Origin: a virus
Lineage: Duplodnaviria > Caudoviricetes
DNA length: 64,000 bases
IMG/VR virus record: IMGVR_UViG_2926471356_000005
Coordinates: 16,798-80,797 of that record
Reading direction: 5' to 3' (one strand)
Numbering within the stretch: the first letter of the stretch is position 1; each line of letters begins with the position of its first letter. The notes beneath the pieces are model-generated. The model had not been told where the DNA came from, made no database searches, and worked only from the letters and a program-made list of their open reading frames with translations. Position numbers and translations under genes: made by a program. Positions 17,619 through 26,740 of the stretch are shown piece by piece.

Positions 17619-18116
17619 TTAACCCAGAATCCTATCCAGGTCGAACTTCTTACCGCTTGCCTTTTCAGCAGGTGCAGCAGCCGGGGCAGTAGCCGCAGGC
17701 TTGCTTTCCTTCTTCGATGCAGGGGCTTCCGCTTCGTCAAAACCATCCGCAGGCTCCTTATCGCCCAGACGAACGAACTTGAGCATTTTACCCGGAGTCT
17801 TGTTAGACTCAACCTCTTCGTGGTCTACCTCACAGCGGATATAGTGACCGACAAGTTCCTCATGGTCAATTTCCGTCAGAGTGTAGTCATTCAATGCAGT
17901 CTTTGCGAAGTAACTGAAAGCGTTCAGACCTCCCTGGTTCGGCTCACCGTCTGCATTCAGCAGAGAGAAGCGTTCTGTGTGCTTCTGACCCGAAACAAGC
18001 TGCATAACAATCTCCATCTTGCCGAAGTCCTCTTTGTACTTGACCTCAACAATCTTAAAAACGTGGGTTCCCTTCGGAATAAGCGTGAACCCCTCACTCA
18101 GTCCAATCTTTGCCAT
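17619..18116 (-). CDS. Phage ssDNA-binding-like protein (DUF669-like)
   Basis: FTLIPKGTHVFKI; flexible tail ending FDLDRILG; in recombination module. Confidence 0.6.
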   Translation of the reverse strand: MAKIGLSEGFTLIPKGTHVFKIVEVKYKEDFGKMEIVMQLVSGQKHTERFSLLNADGEPNQGGLNAFSYFAKTALNDYTLTEIDHEELVGHYIRCEVDHEEVESNKTPGKMLKFVRLGDKEPADGFDEAEAPASKKESKPAATAPAAAPAEKASGKKFDLDRILG

Positions 18117-18130
18117 TTTAAGTATCCTCC

Positions 18131-18373
18131 TTATAAGGTGTTTAATATATCCAGAGATTTCTTCTTGAGAGAATCAATACTCTGAGTACCAGGTGTATAA
18201 ATCTGCTTGAACAGGTGTTCCAGAACTGTAACCACGATGGAGTTTCCTGCCATCTTGTAAATCTGTGTTTTGGAGATACCATTCATTGCAAGCAGTTCAT
18301 AGGGAATACCCAGATTATCCAGTGCTTTCTCAAACGCTCCAATTCCGCTAAAAAGACTGAGGTATCTTATCAT
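18131..18373 (-). pseudogene. C5-cytosine DNA methyltransferase remnant (internal in-frame deletion)
   Basis: Motif I LSLFSGIGAFE joined to motif X QIYKMAGNSIVV within 80 aa; no catalytic PC motif. Confidence 0.8.
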
Positions 18374-19422
18374 GCGGACTCCTTTCTGGCTTTCGGAGTA
18401 AAGCGGTACTGCGGTTCGGGTGTGCCATGATACTTCTCAATATCAATGCCGTCCTCCTGCATTTTCACCATATCGTAGCCAGGGTCTTTCATGGTCTTAG
18501 AGGTAACCCAGTCGAAGGAAGCACCGCTGATAGTAACGGTCTTATCGCCCTCCTTGAACTGGCTGATAGCTTCCTTCTTGAGTATATCGGTAATCGTCTT
18601 ATACCTCTTCTCATCGTCAGCTACAGTACCCTTGACCTCATCAATGTGTTTCTTCAACTGCTCTGCTTCGGCAACCAGAGCAGCAATGTCAGTGTCCGGG
18701 GACAGGTTGTTATCACGCAGGACTTTCAGAATGTCTGCGTCCGCTTTCTCATCGAACTTCGGAGAAACACCGCTCTCAACATGAGTTTTCCACCACTTCT
18801 CAACCTTCTTGACGGTCTTTTTCAGTTCGGGATAACGCTCAGACAGCTTGAAAGGACGAACGATGGTGTTTTCAGTGCTACACTGATATGCGTCCGGGTT
18901 CTCATAGTCCTTGTCACCCAGGAAGCTACACACCATAATCACGTCATCTACACCCAGAAGGTACGCATAGAGCGCAGCCTGCAAAGCGTAGTACTCCGGA
19001 ATATCCTCAACCCAATCCTCAGACCTCTTCGTGGTTTTCATCTCAAGAACCGTAGTAGGCTTGCCGTCCTTGTCAACCAGAAGATAGTCCCACATACCAC
19101 CGAAGATAGGACTCTCTTTGAAGAAGTCACCCCAGGTTTTCTGGAAGTAGTCAGCCCCGTACACATCCGTAGGTGTGATGAGGTTGGTCATGAAATAAGA
19201 CTTCTTCATAAACTCAGCCTGCTTCGGCTCAATCGTCTTACCTGCAACGGTATAGATTGTGTCCTCAAACGGCTCTTCGTAGGTTCTGGTGATTGCACAC
19301 CAGGCATTGAACGGGGTTGTCCACTTGTTCAGCCCCATAATCGCCGCAAAGCGTGTACCCGTAATTTTCTTAGGACGCTTCGGCGGGGTGATAGTAATGG
19401 TCTTATCATCATTCCACTTCAT
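18370..19422 (-). CDS. YqaJ-like (lambda exonuclease family) nuclease
   Basis: ITGTRFAAIMGLNKWTTPF, WD...LEMKT, YYALQ. Confidence 0.85.
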   Translation of the reverse strand: MKWNDDKTITITPPKRPKKITGTRFAAIMGLNKWTTPFNAWCAITRTYEEPFEDTIYTVAGKTIEPKQAEFMKKSYFMTNLITPTDVYGADYFQKTWGDFFKESPIFGGMWDYLLVDKDGKPTTVLEMKTTKRSEDWVEDIPEYYALQAALYAYLLGVDDVIMVCSFLGDKDYENPDAYQCSTENTIVRPFKLSERYPELKKTVKKVEKWWKTHVESGVSPKFDEKADADILKVLRDNNLSPDTDIAALVAEAEQLKKHIDEVKGTVADDEKRYKTITDILKKEAISQFKEGDKTVTISGASFDWVTSKTMKDPGYDMVKMQEDGIDIEKYHGTPEPQYRFTPKARKESA

Positions 19423-20008
19423 TTTTCTTACCTCCTATGAACAGAAATCGTGTATCCACTTTCACGGACAACGCCGTGGTCACAGGGTTTTCATCGGCTT
19501 TTACCAGGTCACTCAAGTCAAACCCAAGGCTCTTGAGATATTCCATTGCCAGTTTTGCATTCTTCATATTGCTTACATTGGCAATCACATTCCTGTAGTT
19601 ATCGGTAATACCCTTAATCATTTCATTCTTTCGGGCTTTGATACCCTTTCTGATTTCCGTTCTTCCGTCCTCAAACTCTTTAAGCAAACAGGAACGGATT
19701 TCAGCTTGAGAACTCATATTTGCCAGTTTATAAGAGATAGAACCGTAGTAACCACAGAGGGTATCAACCCCCGGATATTCCGCTTTCACCTTCTCTTTGA
19801 AGGATTCAGTCAGACTGTAAGCCTGCTGCATAAGAGCAGCAATACTGGTTGCCGTATCTTCCAGACCGATTCTCCCATTTCTCTCTGCATAGTAAGTGTT
19901 GAGAGCCTTTTCACTCTGGGTTTCTACTTCGGCTAATGCCTTTTCGCTCTGCGACTCCAACCACTTAATGATTTGTCGTTTTGTCATTCTTTGCTTCCTC
20001 CAACTCAA
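19409..20008 (-). CDS. Hypothetical phage protein
   Basis: Long helical ORF coupled to neighbours; start probably MTKRQ. Confidence 0.65.
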   Translation of the reverse strand: MSWRKQRMTKRQIIKWLESQSEKALAEVETQSEKALNTYYAERNGRIGLEDTATSIAALMQQAYSLTESFKEKVKAEYPGVDTLCGYYGSISYKLANMSSQAEIRSCLLKEFEDGRTEIRKGIKARKNEMIKGITDNYRNVIANVSNMKNAKLAMEYLKSLGFDLSDLVKADENPVTTALSVKVDTRFLFIGGKKNEVE

Positions 20009-20204
20009 CGGCTTTGTTCAGATACCAGATTGCTTTCTGCAAATCTTCCATACCGTTTTTCTTCTTGTGCCTATACACGTACTTGAGAGCGTTGCACACG
20101 CAAAAGTTCTGCGTGGCTTCTACTCCCTGGGTTTCCACCATAACGTCAATGCACTCAAACTTCCCGGTTTCGTAATGAGCGGGATGGTTTACATTGTCAG
20201 CCAT
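19965..20204 (-). CDS. DUF3310-family phage protein
   Basis: DNVNHPAHY...ECID...NALKY...KNGMEDLQKAIWYL. Confidence 0.9.
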   Translation of the reverse strand: MADNVNHPAHYETGKFECIDVMVETQGVEATQNFCVCNALKYVYRHKKKNGMEDLQKAIWYLNKAVELEEAKNDKTTNH

Positions 20205-20217
20205 GACTCAGCCCTCC

Positions 20218-20967
20218 TTACTCACCGTAGGCGGCAATCATCTCACCAAGGTTCTGAATAAGCTGCTCACACGCTGCACGGGTGACATGGGTGAAGCCAT
20301 TGGTTTTCATGGCAATCTGCTGAACAAACTCTTCCTGGTCGGAATCCTTGTCCATCAGAGTCTTGCAGGCTTCTTTGAGTGCCTTAATCTGCAACTCATC
20401 AGCCTGTCCATCAGTACCCGTCATTTCCTTCTTAGCTTCCTCACGCTCCTTCGGAGTAGCAGGTGCAGCAGACTTCTTTTTCTTCTCCTTCTTAGCCGTT
20501 TCCGGGTTCGGAGCAGGAATCTCTTCTTCCTCTACCTGGTCATCAGAACCAAGGTTTGCGTCAATGTCATCGGGTTCAGTAATATCCAGAACTGCCATCC
20601 AGAGGTAACGGCGCAGGTAGGTAATGGAAGAGCCAAGAGCTTGCATAGGGTTGGTGACTTCCTTGCCCTGGTTACTGATAATGGGCTTGACCTCACGATA
20701 GGGAACGGTGAAGGTCATCGGGGCTTCCTCAATGTTGTCAGCGTTGAACACGCTCATAACAGCCTTGTCATCGGTGAACTCAATATTGGTGGTCAGACCG
20801 ACACGGGCGAAGATACGGATTGCCGGGGGAACAATATCCTCTAACTCAAAATACTTGAACTCAAGGTGCATATTCTTACCCGACTTCTGTACCTTCTGGT
20901 TCAGAAAGTACAGTCTTGCTTTCGCCAACTTCTGGCGCACGTTCATTGCTTCATAAATATTAGCCAT
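20218..20967 (-). CDS. ERF-family ssDNA annealing protein
   Basis: KSGKN...FKYFELEDI, QALGSSITYLRRY. Confidence 0.9.
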   Translation of the reverse strand: MANIYEAMNVRQKLAKARLYFLNQKVQKSGKNMHLEFKYFELEDIVPPAIRIFARVGLTTNIEFTDDKAVMSVFNADNIEEAPMTFTVPYREVKPIISNQGKEVTNPMQALGSSITYLRRYLWMAVLDITEPDDIDANLGSDDQVEEEEIPAPNPETAKKEKKKKSAAPATPKEREEAKKEMTGTDGQADELQIKALKEACKTLMDKDSDQEEFVQQIAMKTNGFTHVTRAACEQLIQNLGEMIAAYGE

Positions 20968-20981
20968 TGCTAATGTCCTCC

Positions 20982-22955
20982 TTAATCGAATAATGCTAAA
21001 GATTTCTTTTTCAAGGAATTGATTCTCCTTGTATTCCTCCGAGGCGGTTTCACACCCAGGAACTCACGGATATTCTTCTGTGCCAGTTTCAGATACCAGT
21101 TACGGTCTACCACATCAATAGACAACTCATTATTGTTGTCTACCATGCAGTGAACTGGCAGACTGGGAACTTTTGCAGCCTTGCCTGTTACAGCGTGGGT
21201 CTTGTAGATAGTTCCATACCGTCTGTCTGCCGTTGCATAGACCCGGTTGACCTTTTGGACAGGAACCTGTTCATCACCTACCATCTGATAGCACCCGGAA
21301 TACTTACCTCCAACCTTTGCGATAATCTGAAAGTCCAGGATATTCTTACTTGCCATTATCGTTTCTTCTGGGTCTACACCCTTTACAAAGTAATCCTGTA
21401 TGGCTTTTGCCACTATCACAGCGTTGTTGTTGATATTCCATGCGCCACCACTCATGTTCTCCCAGGCAGGGAGTCCCATTTTGGTAAAGTCAATGTTTGC
21501 ATTGGTCAGAATACCTCTCACCAGTGCGCCACCCTTGACCTTCGGCTTACCGTCACCCACAGGAACCTCAACGTAGTTGTTTACATCTCTCTGCACAATT
21601 TTCTGAATGAAATCCTCTTCCAGTTCAAACCCGGTTCTGTCCTGCCATTCCTGGGTAATTTCCTGCCATTTTGCTTCATCGGAGTTGTCGAAACTTACCA
21701 TGATACCATCCGTGTTAAGCTGAATGATTTTCAAAGTCGGACACTCACTGACCAAGTGCATTGACAGTTCCAGTAGGAGAAGCTGTCCTGTGATACAAAC
21801 TGAACGTCCCATCAGAGGGTCATACAGGTCATTGAAAGCCACGCCATCTTTACCGTTAAGCATGGTTCCGTAGGTGGTGTTCAGTACCAGTTTCAGAGCG
21901 TTTGCTGTGACCTTATCCCCGGCTTTCTTCGCCTGTACTCTCTCTTCCAAGGTATCTACATACACCTGCGGGGACGGGATATTGCGACTACAGAAGCCGT
22001 ATTTCTGTCCCTTTGAGAGAGGAATGGTCATCAAGTGCGGGTAATAACTTGCCACGTCCTTGTTTCGGATTGACCTACCCTCAGTAGCTTCTTCCACATA
22101 AGTAGGAATTGCACCGTGGATACCTCCGTAGGCTATCGTACATTTGCACTCACCAATGGAAAAATCCAGGGCGGCTCCCTTGTGCTTTACACCCTGTTCA
22201 TCGTAGCCACCAAACAGAAGGTAGTTCGGAATGTTCGGGTCATGCAGCTTGTCAAAGAAGTCAAATACTTCCTGCGGAATATACTGCCGAAGCAGCTTAT
22301 CTGGATACTGATAATCTCTTTCGTCTGTCCATGGCTTCTCTGGTTTCTGGGCTTGCAGGTACACGCTTGTCAGTTTGGCATTGGTCATATACATAGCCTG
22401 CCTGTCTGTCAAACCACGCTTCCTGCCTACAGCCACTTTGTTATCCAGATAACCTTGCCGCAACTTGAAAAGAATCTCTGTTGCGTCCACATCGTACTTA
22501 CAGTAGTAAGTAGTCTGTGCCTTTTCTGATTCAGAGAGAACATGGTCAACATTGAAATCAACCTCTGTTTCCTCAATCGGGATACCCAGGTGGGCTTCAA
22601 TCCCTTTAAGGGATACCCCGTCCTGGCAATCATCCTTGAGGTCGAAACTGTCAAAATAGACCCGGTACTCTCTCAGAGCGGGAATGTCCCACCCGTTTAA
22701 TTCGTGAACAATGATGAGGTCATTTATCTCCTTCACCTGTTCCGGGGTGAACCCACACATAACTGCCTTGAGTATGTGGTTATCGTAGTGCTTGTTATTG
22801 AAGCCACCCAGATACGGGTTACGCTCCATGAAAGCCAGAACTTCATCATTGTCATTCCAGATAACCGTGTACTCTCCCGTGGCTACTTCTTTGAACACAA
22901 ACAGCCAGTCATGGGCAAATACCTCACAGTCGAATATGTAGGTTCCCTCAACCAT
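20982..22955 (-). CDS. Phage DNA polymerase, B-family-like
   Basis: Exonuclease FDCEV/FNNKHYD/YCKYDV; polymerase DVASYYP, KLVLNTTYG, NTDGI. Confidence 0.88.
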   Translation of the reverse strand: MVEGTYIFDCEVFAHDWLFVFKEVATGEYTVIWNDNDEVLAFMERNPYLGGFNNKHYDNHILKAVMCGFTPEQVKEINDLIIVHELNGWDIPALREYRVYFDSFDLKDDCQDGVSLKGIEAHLGIPIEETEVDFNVDHVLSESEKAQTTYYCKYDVDATEILFKLRQGYLDNKVAVGRKRGLTDRQAMYMTNAKLTSVYLQAQKPEKPWTDERDYQYPDKLLRQYIPQEVFDFFDKLHDPNIPNYLLFGGYDEQGVKHKGAALDFSIGECKCTIAYGGIHGAIPTYVEEATEGRSIRNKDVASYYPHLMTIPLSKGQKYGFCSRNIPSPQVYVDTLEERVQAKKAGDKVTANALKLVLNTTYGTMLNGKDGVAFNDLYDPLMGRSVCITGQLLLLELSMHLVSECPTLKIIQLNTDGIMVSFDNSDEAKWQEITQEWQDRTGFELEEDFIQKIVQRDVNNYVEVPVGDGKPKVKGGALVRGILTNANIDFTKMGLPAWENMSGGAWNINNNAVIVAKAIQDYFVKGVDPEETIMASKNILDFQIIAKVGGKYSGCYQMVGDEQVPVQKVNRVYATADRRYGTIYKTHAVTGKAAKVPSLPVHCMVDNNNELSIDVVDRNWYLKLAQKNIREFLGVKPPRRNTRRINSLKKKSLALFD

Positions 22956-22957
22956 CG

Positions 22958-23344
22958 TTATACCGCCCTTCTTCCAGAGCCTTTTGTACCTGCAAGAGTT
23001 CTTGCCTTGCCTGTACGCAACGGCGAATTATTGACGCTTTGGAGTGTTCGGGAGGAATTACGCCCCACTTGCCGGGTTCGACTCCCATACTCTCTTCTAC
23101 GCCTGCCAGAAGAATTTGAGCCGTAGTGAAGTGGTTCTTCACATTCTTCGTCATCTTCATCTTCGTAGTCCTCCAAGTCATACCACCAGTTATTTGCCCA
23201 GGAGAACAGTGCCAGGTATGCCATACACAGAACATTGATGAAGAGCATTGTCATCCCGTAGACTTCATCATCCAGAGCGCAGGCAGTGAACAGCCACGTT
23301 ATGCCTACGATATATCCGACTGTTTTCAGAACTTTATTCTTCAT
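22958..23344 (-). CDS. Hypothetical membrane protein
   Basis: Two hydrophobic segments then an acidic stretch; GGAG RBS; 3' half overlaps an alternative ORF. Confidence 0.55.
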   Translation of the reverse strand: MKNKVLKTVGYIVGITWLFTACALDDEVYGMTMLFINVLCMAYLALFSWANNWWYDLEDYEDEDDEECEEPLHYGSNSSGRRRREYGSRTRQVGRNSSRTLQSVNNSPLRTGKARTLAGTKGSGRRAV

Positions 23345-23345
23345 G

Positions 23346-24731
23346 TCAATCTCCTATAAATTCGCACCCGCACTTCCTGTAACTGGTACATCGTTGTTTG
23401 AAAGATTTTTGCAATGACCGTATGCAGTCCACATAGTCATAAGCTATTGGCTGCTCCTTACCGTCAAAGGTTCGGGCAATACGTCCTACACTCTGAACTA
23501 TTACTGCGTAGTCTTTCTGGGGGGTTGTTAAGTACAATCTGTCCAGTCTGGGAATGTCCAGACCTTCTTTTGCCAGGGAATATGTTGCAAACAGATACCG
23601 TTTCTTGCCAATCCTCATATCCTCAATAGCCTGTTCCCGTTCAGCTTTCCGCTTCTTACTGGTCATCTTTCCATCTATCACCGCTGCCTGCGCCCTTAAC
23701 TTCAAAGGTAACTGCTCATATAGGTATTTGAGATGGTCAACTCTTTCTGATAGAATCAGATTGAAATGCTCACGGTTCTCAATTAAGTCATCAAGAATAA
23801 TCTTGTTTCGGCTCTCACATTCTGTGAGGTAGGTAATCATTTTGCAGTAGTTAATTGTGCCGTCACTGTTCAGATAAGCAGGACTCAGTTTCACGTCCGT
23901 ACCTTTCGGCAGAACACTTACTGTCATAACCCTGGACTTCACTGCTTCATCTGGAACAGTCCATACTACTTGACCTAACATTGCGTAGGTTGCTTTTATC
24001 ATGCCGTCCGAACGATGGACGGTTGCTGACAGCCCGAACTTATGTCTGGCACACAGCGTATTCAGCACCTTTGAGAACTGGGTTACCGCTGTAGGTGTAC
24101 CGCTTACTCTGTGACACTCATCCACAATCACGCAGTCCCACTCATCTCTATATTGGTCTAAGTCCAATTTGCACATGGTCTGGATTGTGGCGAAGGTCAT
24201 AGCCTCGCCGATATTGACCTTTCCTTCGGTTATCGTTCCCAGTAGTTTCGAATCAACGTACTGTTCTGCACGGCTCTTGCTCTGCGTCAGCAGGTCTTTG
24301 GTATGTGTCAGCCAGAGGGTTTTTACCCCTAACGCACACGCCAGGGCAATTCCCATCTGAGTCTTACCAGACCCGGCAGGGGATTGTAGAATGCCGTAGT
24401 GGTTTATCAGCATTGCCGCAACTGCTTCTTCCTGGTAGTCATACAGCGGAACCTTACCGCCGTAGTCAACCTTCTTCGGCTCTTTGAACAGCTTCTTCAC
24501 ATCTCCTTCCAGAAGCGGCAGAATTGCTCTCAGACACCCGAATGGGAGAATCAAGCTATTACCGTTCACCTCATAGAGATAAAGCGTTCGTGGGGTATTC
24601 CCAAGCCACAGGTGCATTCGTGCTTTTTGCTGATACTCTGGGTTTGTCATTTCCAGATTCTCTTTGCACCACTTAATCAGTTCGGGTGAGGGGTCAAGGA
24701 TTTTCAATCGGCTCCCGATTTCTATAAACAT
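23346..24731 (-). CDS. SF2 DEAD/DEAH-box helicase
   Basis: LYDYQ, SPAGSGKT, DECH, LSAT, EGLDIP, QSVGRIAR. Confidence 0.93.
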   Translation of the reverse strand: MFIEIGSRLKILDPSPELIKWCKENLEMTNPEYQQKARMHLWLGNTPRTLYLYEVNGNSLILPFGCLRAILPLLEGDVKKLFKEPKKVDYGGKVPLYDYQEEAVAAMLINHYGILQSPAGSGKTQMGIALACALGVKTLWLTHTKDLLTQSKSRAEQYVDSKLLGTITEGKVNIGEAMTFATIQTMCKLDLDQYRDEWDCVIVDECHRVSGTPTAVTQFSKVLNTLCARHKFGLSATVHRSDGMIKATYAMLGQVVWTVPDEAVKSRVMTVSVLPKGTDVKLSPAYLNSDGTINYCKMITYLTECESRNKIILDDLIENREHFNLILSERVDHLKYLYEQLPLKLRAQAAVIDGKMTSKKRKAEREQAIEDMRIGKKRYLFATYSLAKEGLDIPRLDRLYLTTPQKDYAVIVQSVGRIARTFDGKEQPIAYDYVDCIRSLQKSFKQRCTSYRKCGCEFIGD

Positions 24732-25155
24732 CCATTTCCTCCAACCACTCTTGAAAGGTCTTGTACTCTGGAAACTCTGACTCTGTAATGCTACCCTGTC
24801 CGTAAAGCTGCCGCAGACATAACTCATCGAAGTGAATCATATAAATCTGTCCGTCATTCAGCTTCATAGCAAAGTAACAATGCTCATTGCCCTGGGCTTC
24901 CCACATGGTCATAGCCGCTTCCTGGTTCGGCTCAATCCGGGATAACGGAAAGCGGTTGTTAGAACATACCTTGCAGTCAATCAAGACTGCTATGTTATCC
25001 CGAACCGCAAGCACGTCTGCGGGTTGTCCTACCTGGTTTTGTGCCAGATTGTGCGCCCAGAAACCTTGCTCTGCCAGAAGTTCACACAGTTCCTCTTCAA
25101 AGTGGTTTCCCATTGTTTTGTTCACTTGCTTCATAGGCTTCTGCTCCCATTGCAC
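24694..25155 (-). CDS. PD-(D/E)XK nuclease (Holliday resolvase/VRR-NUC-like)
   Basis: GNHFEEE...PADVLA...IDCK...Q. Confidence 0.75.
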   Translation of the reverse strand: MQWEQKPMKQVNKTMGNHFEEELCELLAEQGFWAHNLAQNQVGQPADVLAVRDNIAVLIDCKVCSNNRFPLSRIEPNQEAAMTMWEAQGNEHCYFAMKLNDGQIYMIHFDELCLRQLYGQGSITESEFPEYKTFQEWLEEMDVYRNREPIENP

Positions 25156-25173
25156 CTCACAAGGAGGTGCAGA

Positions 25174-25761
25174 TTAACGATTCTTGATTTTGAAAGCGGG
25201 GCGAACGCCAAAAGAGTACGAAGCGCCGTCGTTGTCCGCATAACCGCTGCCGTTGACAAAGGAGAAGTAAGTAGCGGATTCTCTGACCTTGTTCATCAGC
25301 CAGTACCACTGTAAGTTCTCATACTTGCTGCCATCGAACGCCATACGGTTTCTGCGCTTCTTCATAGGCTCCCACTGCTTCACATACGGGCTTTCGTACT
25401 CACCATAGTAGTTCTCTCCGAAAATCTCTTTCTCAGTCGGCAGACGGAGCAGATCACCGTTGTCAAACGGAGCCATCATAGCCTTGAGTTCTGCCGGGAA
25501 GAGATTCAGAATCTCACCATTCAGCTTCTTATGCAGGTCACTCTCTTCGTAACCTCCTTCGTTGGTACGGGTGCTGTTCATTGGGCACTCACCAGGCAGG
25601 CAATCAACCAGGCAGAAAATCATGCCGTCCTCTTCCTGCTGCATAGCCATAGCCTGCGCCTTCACACCGTCCGTGAGTTTGACCTCGATAATATCTCCAA
25701 CCTTAAAAGTATCAACGTCAGACTTAATCATTCTTTTTACTTTCATTGTGTTTTCCTCCAC
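25174..25761 (-). CDS. Hypothetical phage protein (DUF6273-like)
   Basis: YEESDL...LRLPTEKE...WYWL...GVRPAF pattern. Confidence 0.65.
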   Translation of the reverse strand: MEENTMKVKRMIKSDVDTFKVGDIIEVKLTDGVKAQAMAMQQEEDGMIFCLVDCLPGECPMNSTRTNEGGYEESDLHKKLNGEILNLFPAELKAMMAPFDNGDLLRLPTEKEIFGENYYGEYESPYVKQWEPMKKRRNRMAFDGSKYENLQWYWLMNKVRESATYFSFVNGSGYADNDGASYSFGVRPAFKIKNR

Positions 25762-25892
25762 TTGTACGGCTTACCGTATTTTTCTTGATACCAGATTTCA
25801 AACTTCTTGCGGTTTTCCTCATCTTTGAAGTATTCCTTTACCCTGTCAGCAAGGACAGAACAAAGTGCGCTTCCTTCTAATGTGCGAAGCAT
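25743..25892 (-). CDS. Small hypothetical protein (49 aa)
   Basis: MLRTLEGSALCSVLADRVKEYFKDEENRKKFEIWYQEKYGKPYKWRKTQ; start overlaps the cro-like stop. Confidence 0.55.
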   Translation of the reverse strand: MLRTLEGSALCSVLADRVKEYFKDEENRKKFEIWYQEKYGKPYKWRKTQ

Positions 25893-26116
25893 TAAGCCCC
25901 ATCAACGAGGACGGAACCATTTTCATACTTGTCCAGAATATCTATGGACAATTCAATGATTGCGTCCGCTTTAGTACCGTTTCTGGTTCCCGAAATTACT
26001 GAACTCATCTCTGTCTTATCAGTCACAATACCCCGCAAGGCAAGCTGACCAATCAACCAGACGTAAGACAGCTTGTGCTTTTTAAGCCGCTCACGAATGT
26101 TTTCACGTTCCTCCAC
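25892..26116 (-). CDS. Cro-like regulator
   Basis: HTH-like (LSYVWLIGQL...TDKTEMSSVISG); divergent from cI; GGAGG RBS. Confidence 0.7.
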   Translation of the reverse strand: MEERENIRERLKKHKLSYVWLIGQLALRGIVTDKTEMSSVISGTRNGTKADAIIELSIDILDKYENGSVLVDGA

Positions 26117-26148
26117 GTTTTCGCTTCCTCCTTTCATATTAGAATCTT

Positions 26149-26347
26149 GTAAACTAAAGTTGACAACAGAATCTCCAAAGGTTATAATGAAGCTACCACA
26201 CCCATATACCATTGAAAACTCTGCGGGGTAAAATTTACAGCCCGGAGGGGCTATTTCTTATACCCTGTAAACAACTTTTGTTGACATATTCAATATAGTA
26301 GAGATTTCCCAAATTGTCAACAGGTATTTTAGAGTTTTCCCAAATTT
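26149..26347. promoter_or_regulatory. cI/cro switch region
   Basis: GAG(A/T)TTTCCCAAATT repeated at 26301 and 26332; GTAAAC...GTTGAC pairs near 26149 and 26267; TTGACA on both strands. Confidence 0.6.
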
Positions 26348-26365
26348 ATTTTTAGGAGGGTTCTT

Positions 26366-26713
26366 ATGGATACCTTAGAACGCATTTTGGAGTTACAAAA
26401 ACAGTCGGGATTAACAGTAAAAGCCCTTGAAGCTGCTACAGGTATATCTAATGGCAGTTTTAGCAAATGGAAAAAGGGAACATATGCGCCCAGTGCCGAA
26501 GCTGTACTAAGACTGGCTAAATATTTTCACGTTTCTACTGACTATCTATTCTGTTTATCCGATTCACCTTATCCGAAAGTAGAGATTTCCCTAACCGAAG
26601 AAGAGCAATTACTGCTTGACGCATTTCGTTCCGCTTCCACGCAAGGCAGATTCAATATTATTACCACCTGTATGTGCGAGAAGCGAAAAGGGGGCAACGA
26701 AAGTGCCGGGTAA
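26366..26713 (+). CDS. CI-like XRE repressor
   Basis: LTVKALEAATGISNGSFSKWKKG...LAKYFHVSTDYL; next to integrase. Confidence 0.9.
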   Translation: MDTLERILELQKQSGLTVKALEAATGISNGSFSKWKKGTYAPSAEAVLRLAKYFHVSTDYLFCLSDSPYPKVEISLTEEEQLLLDAFRSASTQGRFNIITTCMCEKRKGGNESAG

Positions 26714-26740
26714 TTGATTTTATAGAATGGAGGAAGAACC

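Noticed and set aside
18427-19440. 337-aa plus-strand ORF and similar long antisense ORFs (e.g. 39125-40126, 46877-47770)
   Set aside because: Shadows of well-supported opposite-strand genes, with no recognisable motifs
22948-23235. Alternative-frame ORF overlapping 22958-23344
   Set aside because: Could be a real short gene, but I cannot decide between frames from sequence alone
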